From contig NC_043019.1 in the NCBI RefSeq assembly GCF_006345805.1, positions 10,105,360 through 10,169,359 of the forward strand: a DNA stretch of 64,000 nt. The letters are read 5' to 3'. Both the position numbers and the translations under genes were made by a program. Below the pieces are notes generated by a model that saw only the letters and a list, made by a program, of their open reading frames with translations, searched no databases and was not told the origin of the DNA. Numbering within the stretch: position 1 is the first letter of the stretch; each line of letters starts with the position of its first letter. This stretch comes from Octopus sinensis (taxonomy: Eukaryota). Shown here piece by piece: positions 36,961 through 50,439 of the stretch.

Positions 36961-37965
36961 TTTTTCTGGTGTACCCCTTCATGTCTGGCAGTGTTAGCAT
37001 ACCTCATCTGAAGAATATACTGTCAAATTGTTGGAATCCATAGAATAGACAATAAGGCATATAATATCTGTTATTAATTTAAAGAGTTCAGATCAACTTT
37101 TGTCCTCCTGGGTTAATAAAATATCAGCCATACACTAGGTCAGTATAATTGACTGTTTCTCACCCAAATTTCTGGCCTTGTCTGTGTAAGACATACATAC
37201 ATACATTTATTTAATTAATTTAATTTAATGTTGAATTTATAATTAGATAAATTTGCTTGGCTCTTTCTGATGAGTAACTCAAGTCTAGGCATAATTTCGG
37301 AGGGGCTTACCTTCATGTCATTTTGAATTGACAGTTTTGCATGAAATTTGGTTTTTAGTCAAAATAATAAGTGAACAAAGGCTTCCCACACATTTTTGAG
37401 ATAAAGGAGTTCTGTTCAGTTGGTTGTAATTACATAAAAATTGCATTGTTTTACAAATTCTATATACCCCTACAATTTCTCCTGTATTCCCCTTGGAGTA
37501 CACACATCCTAGTTTGAGGATCCCTGCTGTAGAGTTTGTCTTGAACCATGTCCCTGAGTAACATTGCCAGCTAAGGATTTCTGGAAGTTATGCATAGTCC
37601 TTAGCCCAGAAGAATGCCAATTGTTTTAGGAACACTTTGGCCAAAATCTTAAAACTTTGCACTTGTCAGAGTTATTGGCTGGAAATTATCTATAACTTTT
37701 CCCTGTTTGGCATCCTTTCTCAGTAGTATTACTACACTCCAGCTCAGAAAGGTAATTTTCTCTGCCTGTTTATGGTAGATGTCTGTTTAGAGGACACTAA
37801 ACATGTCTGACATATAACCATAAAGCTTACAGAGCCAACTATCCAAACGATTTACTCCTTGTGCCGCTACCCACTTCCTCCTGATTAGCCTTTTGCAGCA
37901 TCTTACACTTTATGCTGACAGTTGTTACCAGTGAAGCAAAGTGCTGCTGGAAGGCTGTGCACACC

Positions 37966-38114
37966 TGCTTGGAACTGAGCAGCACACACCTGTCTCAATC
38001 CATGCTTGGAACTGAGCAGCACACACCTGTCTCAATCCATGCTTGGAACTGAGCAGCACACACCTGTCTCAATCCATGCTTGGAACTGAGCAGCACACAC
38101 CTGTCTCAATCCAT
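37966..38114. repeat. Perfect 37-bp x4 minisatellite
   Basis: tgcttggaactgagcagcacacacctgtctcaatcca four times, with no spacers. Confidence 0.95.
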
Positions 38115-41100
38115 CAAAAGCAGAATTGTGCTTTTGTTGCCTCTGCTATCAGAGCCCAACAAAGGACCTTCATTCCCTCTTGTTTTAGCACACAAGCTTT
38201 GACTCTAACAATACAGCCTTTGTGTTTTGCACTGAAGAAATGTTCAAAAGCCCTAATAGTTTACATTATTTAAAACACTTGAGGAAAATGCTTAAGCCGG
38301 TTGTCATTACCAGATGTCCTTGAAATTCATTCTATATTGAGTGCTCGTTTTCTCTCTTTCCCCCTCTCCCTCCCCACCTCTGTGTGTGTGTGCGTGTGGT
38401 GTGTACACACACACACTCTTACACACTCACTATTTCTTCATCTGGAGCATTCAACAAAACTCTTTCTAGAATGATGTCTTGGATTAGAATTTTGTTTTAG
38501 AAAAGTTAATAACTATTCACTAATTTATTAAAAATAAAAGAAAACATGACTTAATCTATTTCTGCTCTGAAAAACGGCACAAAATGGTAAATTTTTGGAA
38601 GGTGCAGAGGTATTTAAACTGACTTCGGCACTTTAGTGGTAGTGTTTGATCAATACTGAATGAATAAAAGATGTAATAAAATAATGGTTTCTAATGTAGG
38701 CACCAGACCAAGAAATTTAGGGCAAGCAAACTTGATCCCAGAACTTGATTCCAGAGAGATGAGAGGAAAAAACTGACCTTGTTGGGATTTGAATTCTGAA
38801 TATTAAGATCCAGAAGAATTACTGCATGACATTTTGACTTCTACTCTAATATTTCTGCCAACTTTCCCTCTGGAGTAATTTAAATTGTAAGAAATTAATG
38901 TATAATAAACAGACATATTTTACAGTTTGCATATGAAAATAGAACTAATTTGTATTTATTTGTACGTATACCGTGTTTGTCTTTGTTGTGTCTGTATACA
39001 CACATCTTTTTATTGTTTTTGAGTCATTGACTGGGACACTGCCATTGAAGTGTTTTGTTGAACAAATCAAAACCAGCGCTTATATTTGAAGTCTGGTATT
39101 TGTCCTGTAGGTTGTTTTTGCCAAAATTGTTAAGTAAGAGGAATATAAACAAACCAACACTGCTGGTCAAGTGATGGTGGGGGCACATACACAAAACACA
39201 CACACATACACATTGTTTCCTTCTCCTAAATTTACTCACAAAACAATATTTGGCCCAGGGTTGTAGGAGAAGACACTTGCTCAAGGTATCGCACAATGGA
39301 ATCATTTCTACATGCACATGCGTGCATGTGTGTGTTGTCTCCTGTCATGAGATAGTTGTAAAAGAGTGTCATTATTATGAACATGGTGTCCTTTGTCCCC
39401 AATTTTCTTTGAAAATATGTCTAGGACAGTCAGATGTGATCGGAACAAAGTTTGGCTTAGTTGGCATATGTTCACTATTGTTTTGGTAAATTTTCCAGCA
39501 GAGAAATTATTCCCTTTGCTTCTTCCAGTCTCTTACTTAGTTGTGTCTGTGTATATCTGAACACATGCAAAAGTAAAGAGAAATAGTTTGTTGGGGTTTT
39601 GTCCCTGGCTTTCTCTTGTTGAAATATGATCAAAGATATTCCATCCATCATTATTCAAAACATAATTAAATACTGGAAGCATTTTGTTTGATAGTCTAAC
39701 AACTCAGAGGTGTATTAATTTTTTAAGATATGTACTTGAATTGATATCATTAACTGAAACCCTTGAAGTTGGTGTCCCACCCTGGCTGTAATTCAGTGTC
39801 TGGAACCTGTAAAACAATAAAAAAAAAAGTTAAAGTATATTGAACAGAGTAGTCCCTAATATATACTAGGGGCCTCACTAAAAAAAAAAATATGGCAATG
39901 TGTTTCCACTGGAACTTGGTTGCTATTCCTTGCAGGTCAAGCAATTGCGTAGGAAGAGATCTTTCATTAATTTGGTGTTGGCTGGTTATAAAGTGTGGAG
40001 TAGTGGCAGAGGTGTGAGAGTCAAAAGACTTCTTGACATACAAACATTTAATAAATGCTTAATCAATACAATAATTTCAATGCATTTGTGAGTATATCAT
40101 TGTTGTTGAATTCCCTCCACCTCAAGATTGAGTAGACTGAACTGTGATTAGATCTGCTCCAGCTGTGACCATCCCGTTTTCTTGTCAGACAAAGTTGAGA
40201 GATATTAATCTGCTTCAGACTGTTTCACAAATAAAACAGTCTGAATTACCAAATTTTTCTGCATTTATTGACTTCTGAATCTGTCGAACACCATGTCATA
40301 TTTTTAGTAACATTAGACAAACTTTGATTTATTGATGTTGTTTAACCCTAGGTCAATTTCTAATCCAACAGACTCATAGTCAAAAAACATTTCAGTTGTG
40401 ACCTTGTTATTGGGTTATCTGCAGTGTAATTGTAATTGATTCAACATTTTTACAGAACAGAACAGTTTTGTAAAAGTGGGAGTGGCTAACAGACACCTAT
40501 AATGTATGTTAGCCACTTCCACTTTTACAAACTATGTTACATGATTAAATGTTGAGTTGTGTGAAAAACAAGACATTGTATCCAATGCTCTTAGTAACTC
40601 TGCCAGTTTTCTATATTTTGGGATGTATATATAATATAGAATATAATTTAACACTTAGAATAAAAAAAAACATCCAGTGCCAAGTGGATGGTGTCCTATC
40701 AGTTCCTTGCAGATAATTTCCCTATTAGAGGAATTAGACTCTTATGATAGCAAGTCAATCTTATGACAAAGGTGAATTCCATTATTCTTTGGGATCTCTT
40801 TGTAACTAAGTGAATTGATGAAGCTGTTACTTCAAGAAGGTTCAGTGATAATGTAGATAAATTTGTGTTTGGTCATCAAATCTAATTGATGTTCTGTAGC
40901 CCTAGGCTAATTGTGAATAGATCCATGAGCAAAGGCTTTCAAGCTATGACCTCTTGTGTCTTTAGGGTATCCAGGACTACATCATCCAGTGTGCCCTACT
41001 CTTAAGATAGTAGACTGTGATTTGATGAAGATGTGGTTGTTTTTTCCAGTTTTTTTTCCTATTGATCATGTAGAAGCTCTGATTAGATATGTTGCACACA

Positions 41101-41462
41101 TCCCTGATCAAGTAAGCTTGGCTTGACTAATAGTTCAAACATAAGCAATGGAACCCATACAAACACACACACACACAATGTTCCTTTGAAGTTTCTTACT
41201 GTGGTCATCTCATCATTATTACGAATTGAGGAGTGTACTTTAAACACAGTTCTTCACGTGTTAAGAGATGTGGCAACCATTTGGAACATGTGAAATGATT
41301 ATATTGATGTTAATTCACTGGCTTAATGTGAGGTGCTATTTGTTATAAATAGTTTGTGCAAATAAATTTAAAGATTAAGCAAATAAAGAATCCCCACCAT
41401 CAAAAATCGGAATTATAATATTAACCATTTCGTAAGCTAAATCATATTTGTCTTGATTTCAG

Positions 41463-41580
41463 GTGGATTGGAGTGAAAGATGGTTCCTTGGACTTGGTAC
41501 CTTCCATGTTATTTGTGCTCTCCTTACTATATTTACCAAATCACATGGGACTTCTCAAACACTGCATTTTGCTGTCATGT
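41463..41580 (+). CDS. TMEM18: TMEM18 exon 2
   Basis: cag|...T|gtaagt, 118 nt, VDWSERWFLGLGTFHVICALLTIFTKSHGTSQTLHFAVM, matching the TMEM18 DWxExWLxGLxxFH motif. Confidence 0.93.
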
Positions 41581-42235
41581 GTAAGTATTTGTTTCTCTTA
41601 TTTCATCATTTTGTCTCACCATTCTTGTTTAATTTTTCTCTGAATTTGCCATTTGCCCTGATTTCTTTTTTTTTTTTTCTTTGAATTCTTCTCTCACCTA
41701 ATGCACTGTCACCTATACTTCTCGAAGAGGCCAGAAAGCTAGAATGAAATCTGCTTGACAATTTTCCCTCTTCTCTGACATCATCAACTTTTTCCCAACT
41801 TAGATTCCACTCTTTTTTTCTTATTAATACTAAACCCCACATCATTTTCCTCTCCAAGACAATTTTCTCAACTATCTATTACTCATTTCTGTTGTCTAGG
41901 TTATACCATTTACCTAAACTTCTAAAGATGGTGTCTGTATGTTACTGCAACCAGCTTGAGATTTTAACACTCTTGTTTTTAATGGATTTTGCAAAAGAAA
42001 ATCGATTCATACCAATGAATGTAAGAAATAAAATGAAGAAAGGCAAACATGTTATAAATGGATTTTTCACTCATTATTCATAATTTCAAGTCGGCTGCTG
42101 TGACTGAAGATGTAAATTTATGAACTTCAGATTTTAATACAGTTGTTTTTAAAGGATTTCACAATAAAAGATATATTCTTGAAAACAGATTTTGAAAATC
42201 TGTGTAAAAAGTGTCTTTTTCACTCCACCTTAACG

Positions 42236-42800
42236 TCATCATCATCATTGTCGTTTAACGTCTTCTTTCTATGCTGGCACAGGTTGAATGGTTTGACTGA
42301 GGGCTGGCAAGCCAGAAGGCTGCACCAGGCTCCAATTTGACCTGGCAAAGTTTCTACAGTTAGATGCCCATCCTAATGCCAACCACTCCAAGAGTGTAGT
42401 GGGTGGTTTTTATGTGCCACCGGCATGAGGGCCAGTCAGGTGGCACTGGCATCGACCATGCTCGAATGGTGGTTTTTACGTGCCACTGGCACAGATGCCA
42501 ATCAGGCAATACTGTCATCGGCCACAACAATGACTTCATTTGACTCAACAGGTCTTCTCAAGTGCAATTTATTGCCCAATAATTGAAGGGGTACTCTTAA
42601 ATGGGCCAGTAATGCTGCACTGGCATAGACCACAGTTACAGTCCCATTTGGCTTGCCTGGTCTTCTCAAGCACAGCATATCTCCAAAGGTCTCAGTCACT
42701 TGTCATCGCCTCCATGAGGCCCAGTGTTCGAAGTTCATGCTTCACCACCTCATCCCAGGTCTTCCTGGGTCTACCTCTTCCACAAGTTCCCCTTACTGCT
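42236..42800 (-). mobile_element. RTE LINE 3' end with tandem-repeat 3' UTR and (GAT)n tail
   Basis: GRGRPRKTWDEVVKHE..LGL.EAMTSD.DLWRYAVLEKTR, then repeats of tttt(t)a(c/t)gtgccac; (CAT)n at the left end; related copies at 46205-46930 and 54195-54620. Confidence 0.8.
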
Positions 42801-44229
42801 AGGATCTATACACACATGTGCTCAGTAGAGCAGCTGGTTTCATATGAGTTAGCCTTTTCCTGGAGGGACATCTTAACAAAAACCAGGTGTCTCACATTTC
42901 TACTGGGTTTACTGTGCCTACAGACACCAACCCAAGTATTTCTACATCTCTGTGCTTATACACACACACATACATGTTTATACATACACATATTCACACA
43001 CACACACACATATGCATGCACACACACACTCACACATATGAAACGTAGTTTCACAGGTAAATCAGTTGGTATTTTACTTACAATGCATTCAGCCGTGTAT
43101 TTGCAGTCTCAGTTTCAAACTTTGTTTTCAAACACATCTTTGACATTTTCAGAGATTAAGAAAAATTGCTATTTGGCTGTTGGTCAAGTGGTCAAGAAGT
43201 TTGCTTTGCAGTCAAGTTGTTGTGGGTTCTATTTACTGCACAGTACCTTGCCCAAGTCCCTTCTGTCATAGGCTTTGAGTGGACAAATGCCCTGTCAGTG
43301 AAATTTGGTTAGCAGAGATTATGTGGAAGTCTTTGTATCCCTTTGGATTACATATTTTGTCTATCTGATGAAATTCCACATAATTTCTGTCTGCCCAGTT
43401 TTACTCACAAAGCTTAGGTCTACCTGATGTTAGAAGACATCTTATCCAAGATAATGTGCTGTGGGATCAAATCCAGAACCTCATGGCTGCCAAGTGAACT
43501 TTTCACCAATTCAGCCATTCCTTTACCTATCCAAATATTCATACACGATCCTTCAGCTGTTCTGCTGCTTTTGTATTTTTACTTTAAACCACTGGTTTGC
43601 TGAAGAAATCTTGATTTTACGTTCATGTAGTTTATAAATACAATGTCAATCTGCATGGTAGATTGCACTTCTTTCCAAATTATTGAATCATGTGTCAAAT
43701 TTTGTAGGATTGTCTCTGCTATTTGGAATAAAGAATTATTTCTACTGACTTTATCTATTTACAACTAAGTGGCTTGGGGCATTTGAGAGATCTCTTGGCT
43801 GTGAGCATAGCCCCTTATTACTACTCAGCTGGCTAGTCGTCATTTGACCATCCAATTCTCTCCCTCTATTATTTACTCAGCCAACCATTCTTCTGTCTCT
43901 CCTTTCTACTCTCTGAAGACCTTAATATCTGATATAGGCTACAAGCAGTATTTGAGGACAGTTGTCAAATTATTACTGTCTTCAAACCAATGACAAGGTT
44001 TTTCTTTCTTTCTAATACTCTACTTCTGATAAAATACTAATGTTAAAAAATGAAAAGACATGCAGTCATTGTTGTCATGTGTGTGGAATAAAACAATTTA
44101 GAAATTGCTTGCAAGATATTTTGTACATAAAGTTCAGATGGAATTGCAAACGTCTGGTGGGAATATTTCAACTGCATCAAAGAAAAACATTCTAAATGTT
44201 TGGACACTTTGCTAACACTGCAGTTCATC

Positions 44230-45167
44230 CAACGGGTTCAAAACATTATCGCTAATCATCTTAGAAAATCAATGAGGATCGCTGCCAATGATCTCCAGAT
44301 GCTGGAGTGAACTATCGGAACTGTAGTAGACAAGGAAATTCAATAGAAGTCTCATCTACAGAGGAGAGACCAAGTCATGTCTGCAAAGATATTGGAAAAC
44401 CATTTGATTCATGTTAAGCTGTTGCTTAATAAGGTTAAAAGCCCTCATGAACATGGCATGCATTGGTTCTTCTCTGATGAGAAATTCTTTGACCATGACC
44501 AAAAGCCTAGCAAGAGAAATGATAGCTGGTTATGTGCAGGTCCTTGGGAAGTCCCTAAAGTGATGCACACTAAGTTTCCAGCAACTGCAATGGTTTTAGG
44601 AGTGGTGAGTAACAAAGATCATGCCATGTCACTTTACATCTTTCCACAGAATATTAATGCTGCTGGATACATTGAGGTGCGGGAGACAGTTGTTAAGCCA
44701 TGGATGGATGAAATATGCCATGGAAGGCTTTATCTGTTTCAATAAGGTTCAGCACCATCTCACAAAGCTCATGTAACCCAGTGATGAATGTCACAACCTT
44801 TATGATCGTATAACATCGAACTTGTGGCCTCCAAACTCACCAGCTTTGAATCCAATGGACCAGTATGTTTTCAGTATTGTTGAAAGAGTGACTAATCAAC
44901 CTTCTCATAATACCATAGCTTCACTGAAGGCTGCCATTATGCAGATGATGTCTGAAACGAAAAAGGGATCTTTTAGTGCAGACATGTCAATGATTCTGGT
45001 CTCACATTGAAGCAGTCAGTTGAAGGGAGATTCATAGAATCATTTTATAAGAAAGCTTATCGGGAACATGTGCACAAGTTTTATATTAAAATACATTTGT
45101 TTTTCATTAGATTAGAGTTGTTTTTATTAAATTTCTAAATGCCATCAGATGTCTCTTGGACCCTGTA
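44230..45167 (+). mobile_element. Decayed Tc1/mariner transposase, maT/DD37D-like
   Basis: WFFSDEK, VVKPW, SAPSHK and WPPNSPALNPMD motifs with stops and frameshifts; ends in a TIR-like ...ggaccctgta followed by TA. Confidence 0.85.
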
Positions 45168-45283
45168 TAATGTAAAATCATTAACAAAACAGAACTGAAT
45201 TTAGCGGCGTAAATGTCTTTTAAATAGTTAATAAGATGTTATTGTGTTATAATGATTCTTTTTATTTCTTTTTTTTTTTCCAG

Positions 45284-45338
45284 TGTTACTGGTCTATTCA
45301 GCAAAATACATAAACGAGTGGGCTGCTAAAAACTACAG
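45284..45338 (+). CDS. TMEM18: TMEM18 exon 3
   Basis: cag|...AG|gtattt, 55 nt, (L)LLVYSAKYINEWAAKNY(R). Confidence 0.94.
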
Positions 45339-46204
45339 GTATTTGCATGCATACATACATTCGTGCATATGTACATACAGTTATACATCTCATTAAGTGA
45401 ATGCTAGTGTACATGATATAATCCCAAAACTTGAAAGCCATCATTTTCTGGTTGAAAAAGTGGGGAAATAACCAAGAAATTATAATTAATTAAAATTAAA
45501 TATGAAATGGTATGGTGAGAGAGTTTGATCTTTTGTAGTATGGGGACAACTAAAGACATGTTTCAGTTTTACAGGACCTCATTAGTAAAACTTCAGACCA
45601 GAGATTGTTTAGAAAAGTGTTTAGGATTTTTGTGAATGAAGTCCGTGGTGTCCAAACTCCTAGGGATTCCTGCTACATGACAACATAAATAGCAAAGTAG
45701 GTGCTAGTTTGGGCTAAGAAATTTTGACTGTTTATTGTTTGTTGACTATTGTTGTATTGTAGCTAAAAGATTATCCATTCGGATTTCAGATTAATCCGTC
45801 ATATGTAATGCTTATTTATTCACATTGTTTTGCATTGATCCTGCATCACCTTGGAGCTTTGAGCTTTCAATGATTTTATTGTTTATTTTTAGAATGGCAT
45901 TGTAGTGTAGGTATGAGAGGTTAGATCTGACTGGTCTGTAGGTAAAACAGGTAAAATATCTGGGCCTGATATGGTCAGTTTAAATGCCAAAGGGTTAGGT
46001 TTCATGTTGAACAGGTGATTTTCAGATGGTGTAACAATGTCTGGTCAGTGTGAAACGTCAACCAAATAGCTCAGTGGCACAGGAGTCAACTCTAACAAAC
46101 AAAAATCATACATTAAACGTATACACACACACACACACATACACACACGTGCACTTTCTTTTTCCTCTTTCTTGCTCATTCTTCAATCCTCAATATTATT
46201 TTAC

Positions 46205-46930
46205 CTGTCATCATCATCATACGTCTCTTGTCCATGCTGGCATGGGTCGGACGGTTTGACTAGGGCTGGCAAGCTGGAAGGCTGCACCAGTCTCCAGTCA
46301 GTTTGGACATGGTTTCTATGGCTGGATGTCCTTCCTAATGTCAACTACTCTGAGAGTGTAATGGGTGCTTTTACATGCCACCAGCACAGGTGCCATTTGT
46401 GTGAAACTGGTATCTGCCACAAATGTGGTTTTACTTAGCTTGATGGGTCCTCTTAAGCATGGTATAATGCCAGATGATCTTGGTCCTTGCCCCCATGAGG
46501 CCCGGTGTTCAAAAAGTGCTTTTACATGCCACCAGCACAGGTCCCATTTGCATGACACCAGTAACTTACACAACTGCGATTTTACTTGACTTGATGGGTC
46601 TTCTTCTCAAGCACAACATAATGCCAAAGGTCTCAGACATTGCCTCTGTGAAGCCCAACATTTGAAAGGAGCTCGACCAGCTTGCCTTCATGAGGCTCAA
46701 CACTTGAAAGGTGCTTTTTATGTGCCACCTGCATGGGTGCCAGTTACGTGACACCAGCATCAGCCATGTCTGGGATTTCACTTGGCTTGACAGGCCTTCT
46801 CAAGCACAGCATGTCGCCAACGGTCTCAGTCACTAGTCATTGCCTTTGTGAGGTCCAAAGTTCAGAGATCATGCTTCACCACCCCATCCTATGTCTCGGG
46901 GCTACCTCTACAACAGGTTCCCTCCACAGT
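46205..46930 (-). mobile_element. RTE LINE 3' end with internal re-duplications
   Basis: Same family as 42236-42800; the tttacatgccaccagcac unit is repeated several times. Confidence 0.8.
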
Positions 46931-47689
46931 TAGGGATTGGCACTTCTTTACACAGGTGTACTCGTCCATACTAAATAACATCTCACCTTTTGGTACATGA
47001 AGTAGAATTGTGTGCAATTTTTGATGGCAGGAAGATAGGGTGGGATGAAGGTATGCAAGTCTTCTGGTAGAGAAGCAAGACAGAGCTCTGTAGGGGTTTT
47101 CGGTATTGAGAATAGATTTCCAGTATAGGTGGTGGAAGCAGGGATGGGTGGGCACATCGGGGACAGCAGTAGCCAGTTTAAAACAAAAGTGCCTACAAAT
47201 GGAAGAAACATAAGCAAAACAAGAGTGCTTATGAATTTTAAAGAACAGTGACAAAAAACCTTATGAAACTGGGAGAGAAAACTAGGGTTTTAGGGAATTA
47301 CAATTTGAAAATTACTTGAAGAATTAATTTAAATAATTACAGGTTACAAAAGTACAGGTTAGTAATATGGGTTAGATGAATGAATAAATGAAGGGATTAA
47401 AAACAAGAGAAACAGTTTGTCAGTATATGAGCTACTAGTTTTGTCAGTTCTTAGAGAAGAAAGAATTGGTCGGTCCTTAGAATTGATCACTTGATGATGA
47501 GTTTGTTGAATTAGTCAACTTGTGATAGCTTGCAGCATTGTTTGAGCAACAATGGCCTGTAGAAGCGGTTACTCTGTGACAGTCTGTTGAATAGGTTGGC
47601 TCATCCATCCATCTTCCCCAACTATTCCTGAGAGAGTCATTGTGGTAGAATCCTCACGCACCTCTTCCATGAGTTCATATCAGAAGCAA

Positions 47690-48400
47690 CTACACTTCCC
47701 TATTCAATTCCTAAGTGTAACCAACTGAAACTATGGATGTTATCCAACGATTTCATTTCTAGTCTACTTCTCATTCTTGTTGGTTTGGCCTGAAGAATCT
47801 GCCTTGCGATTCTTTCGTACAACATTCTAATCACATGTCTGTAGTATCAGAGCTCTGGCTTCTCTATGCAAAGAAGTAGTAACTTGACCTGAAGAGACTC
47901 CCTGCTTTCTGAACTATGAACCCCATTGAGTAAGGTTTCTGCAGAGATCCTTCAAAGAAACCTCATTTTGGTCACTCGTATTCACAATCGCATTCTTTTC
48001 ATCATTGCCCAACATCCATGGCCATAGGCAAGGACAAGTACAAAAGCTAAAGGGAAGATAACAAGTTGGGTTTTTTTCCCCAACCTTTTCTCTTCTGAAA
48101 ATCACATGCTGCAGCTGGTGCCTTATTGTACCAACACCTGCAGTTCTAGCATCCAATTTAACAGTCTGCTTCCATCTTACTTGAATTTGGTCCTGAGATA
48201 CTTAAACTTCTCCACTTGTCTCAGCGATGTTCCTCTAACATGCAGACTACACTGCGAAGACTTTCTTGAGAAGACCAAGGTCTCAGTCTTTGCAAGACCA
48301 ATTCTCATCTCTGCCTTGCAACACTTGGTAAAGAACCCATTGCATGTCAATCAGTTCATAAGAGCTATTTAAAGGTGGGGGTGATAACCCCTCTAGTTGA
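47690..48400 (-). mobile_element. RTE-clade LINE relic
   Basis: Degenerate RT C-terminal region (RIARQILQAKP..MR). Confidence 0.6.
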
Positions 48401-48648
48401 AATAGTTGTCTCACAATGGCATGTAGAATTGGGTGGTCAGTGATGACCTTTAAAAGCAGTCAGTGATAGCTTTTAGAACTGATGGTCCATTTATGGGCTA
48501 TTGGTCTGTCTGGGGCTGTATTAGAAGACACTTGTTGAAGGTGTGGCTCAGTGAGATTGAACCTAAGACCATGTGAATGCAAAGCAAGCTTCTAAACCAC
48601 TCAGTCATTCTTGCTCCCACACACACACACACACACACACACGCACGC

Positions 48649-48686
<38 letters not shown>

Positions 48687-50318
48687 GCACACACACGCAC
48701 ACATTATCATTGGTATCTCCCTGTATTGAAAATTTGATGACATTAGGTTTATCTGTGTTCTAAGATGGTTGTACAGGCCTGTTTTTAACCTAAATGAATG
48801 CTGACACTAAGAACAGGAGAAGTGGAGCACAGCTGGTTCCGAAGTCCTCCGTTGCCGACCTCCTTTCATGTCTGCTTCTGTCAGCCTCTTCTTTACTGTT
48901 GCTTTCAAAGAAGTTGCATCCAACGTCATGCACACACACACACATGCACGCGTGCGCACACATGTTGCTAAGAAATTAATGACTGTTAATAGTTGCATTA
49001 ATAGAAAATAACTGAATCAGATCTTACTTGTAGTTGTAATCATCTTGATTTAATCTGTCACTAATTGGATGGTAGCTGTAGTAATCTAATTGGTTGTTAG
49101 TAGTAGCAGTGACATTATAGTTAAATAATGTTAGATCAGATGTTGCCATATAAATCTGTAACCCAATTAATGACTGATCTGATAAAATAGTAAAATAAAG
49201 CTGATTCAGTGGAAGCTGCTTATTATAATCACAGAAATTTTACACCAACCAGTTATTGTTATTAAAATGATTGGTTCCAAAACTATTTATTTGCTTATTA
49301 TCAGCTGGTTATTGTTATCAGTTACTTATTATGCACAGTTGACCACGGTGGAATTTGAACTCATTTACGTTCTAAGTTCAAATTCTTCTGAGGTCGACTG
49401 TGCCTTTTCAGGGTCAATAGGATAAGTACCAGTTGTGTACTAGGGTGAGTGTCATCAACTAACCCTCTTTCCCAAAATTTCAGACCTTGTGCCTATAGTA
49501 GAAAGAATTAATATTATGATGGTTGATCGTCATCAGCATCACCATCAAAATGGTTTCGTCCCAGAAAGATGACAATAACCGGCTTCAACTGTATAAGTTA
49601 TTTTGAATGAATGAATGTCAAGAAAAGCTTTCTGAATTAAATGTTGGCGAAGAGATTGTTCAGTTGAAGGGAGGTAACTGCGACAAAGCGGTTCCTCTGG
49701 TGACAAACTGCAGTTTTGATTTTGTTGTTCCGCTCAGACCCACCGTATCTTTTCCCCACACACTTAGCGTATCCTTCACTAAGATCCCTAATTTGTTCTT
49801 TCTTTCCATTGTTATTCAGTCAGGGCAGCCTTGATTCAACAGACCCATGATCCAAGTTATTCTAGTAATCATTACCCTGTCTCTTATTCAAACATTTTCT
49901 ATCTAAGACTACATTTATATATAAGTGTTGTTGTTATAGGTGCTGTTGTTGTTTCACTAAGACAGTGCTGATTCTGTTAATGTATGGAAAAGATGTTCAG
50001 CAGTGAACAGTCATACTCAATTCAGGCACTATCTTTCCTTCTTTTTAACACCCTTCTTGTAAAGCTTGTAGAGGAATCTAAATGTTGTGCAGGAGTATTG
50101 CTATTGATAGAAGTTTCATTGCCATCATCATCATCATCATCATCATCTAACAGACATCAAGGGATGATGATGTATTTTATTGTTCCTGAAGAAATGAACG
50201 GTGAAATCAACCTTTGCAGTAGTTCAATTTGTTATTTACCAAACTAAATATTATAGAAGCAAAATCCTATTGTTTCTGCTCACTAAAGTTGATGCAGTTA
50301 TTGCTCATATTGTAGTAG

Positions 50319-50319
<1 letters not shown>

Positions 50320-50367
<48 letters not shown>

Positions 50368-50369
50368 TC
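50320..50369. repeat. (ATA)n microsatellite; others at 48618-48702 (CA/CG), 53609-53658 (TG/AG), 54642-54720 and 56383-56421 (AT), 62798-62850 (AAT/GAT)
   Basis: Read directly from the sequence. Confidence 0.95.
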
Positions 50370-50439
50370 TAATTTTGGTACAAATGTACAATTAATGGTG
50401 TTAATGTGGCTGGAACCAAAGGTGAAAGTCTTTCGCCTA

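Noticed and set aside
37265-37300. CTGATGAG resembling a hammerhead core
   Set aside because: No stem II, GAAA or stem III arrangement follows.
37966-38114. 37-bp direct repeats of CRISPR-repeat length
   Set aside because: No spacers, no cas genes, eukaryotic intron; it is a minisatellite.
42540-43271. 243-aa ORF, the longest in the track
   Set aside because: Runs through an antisense RTE tail, a (CA)n tract and a SINE; composite repeat noise.
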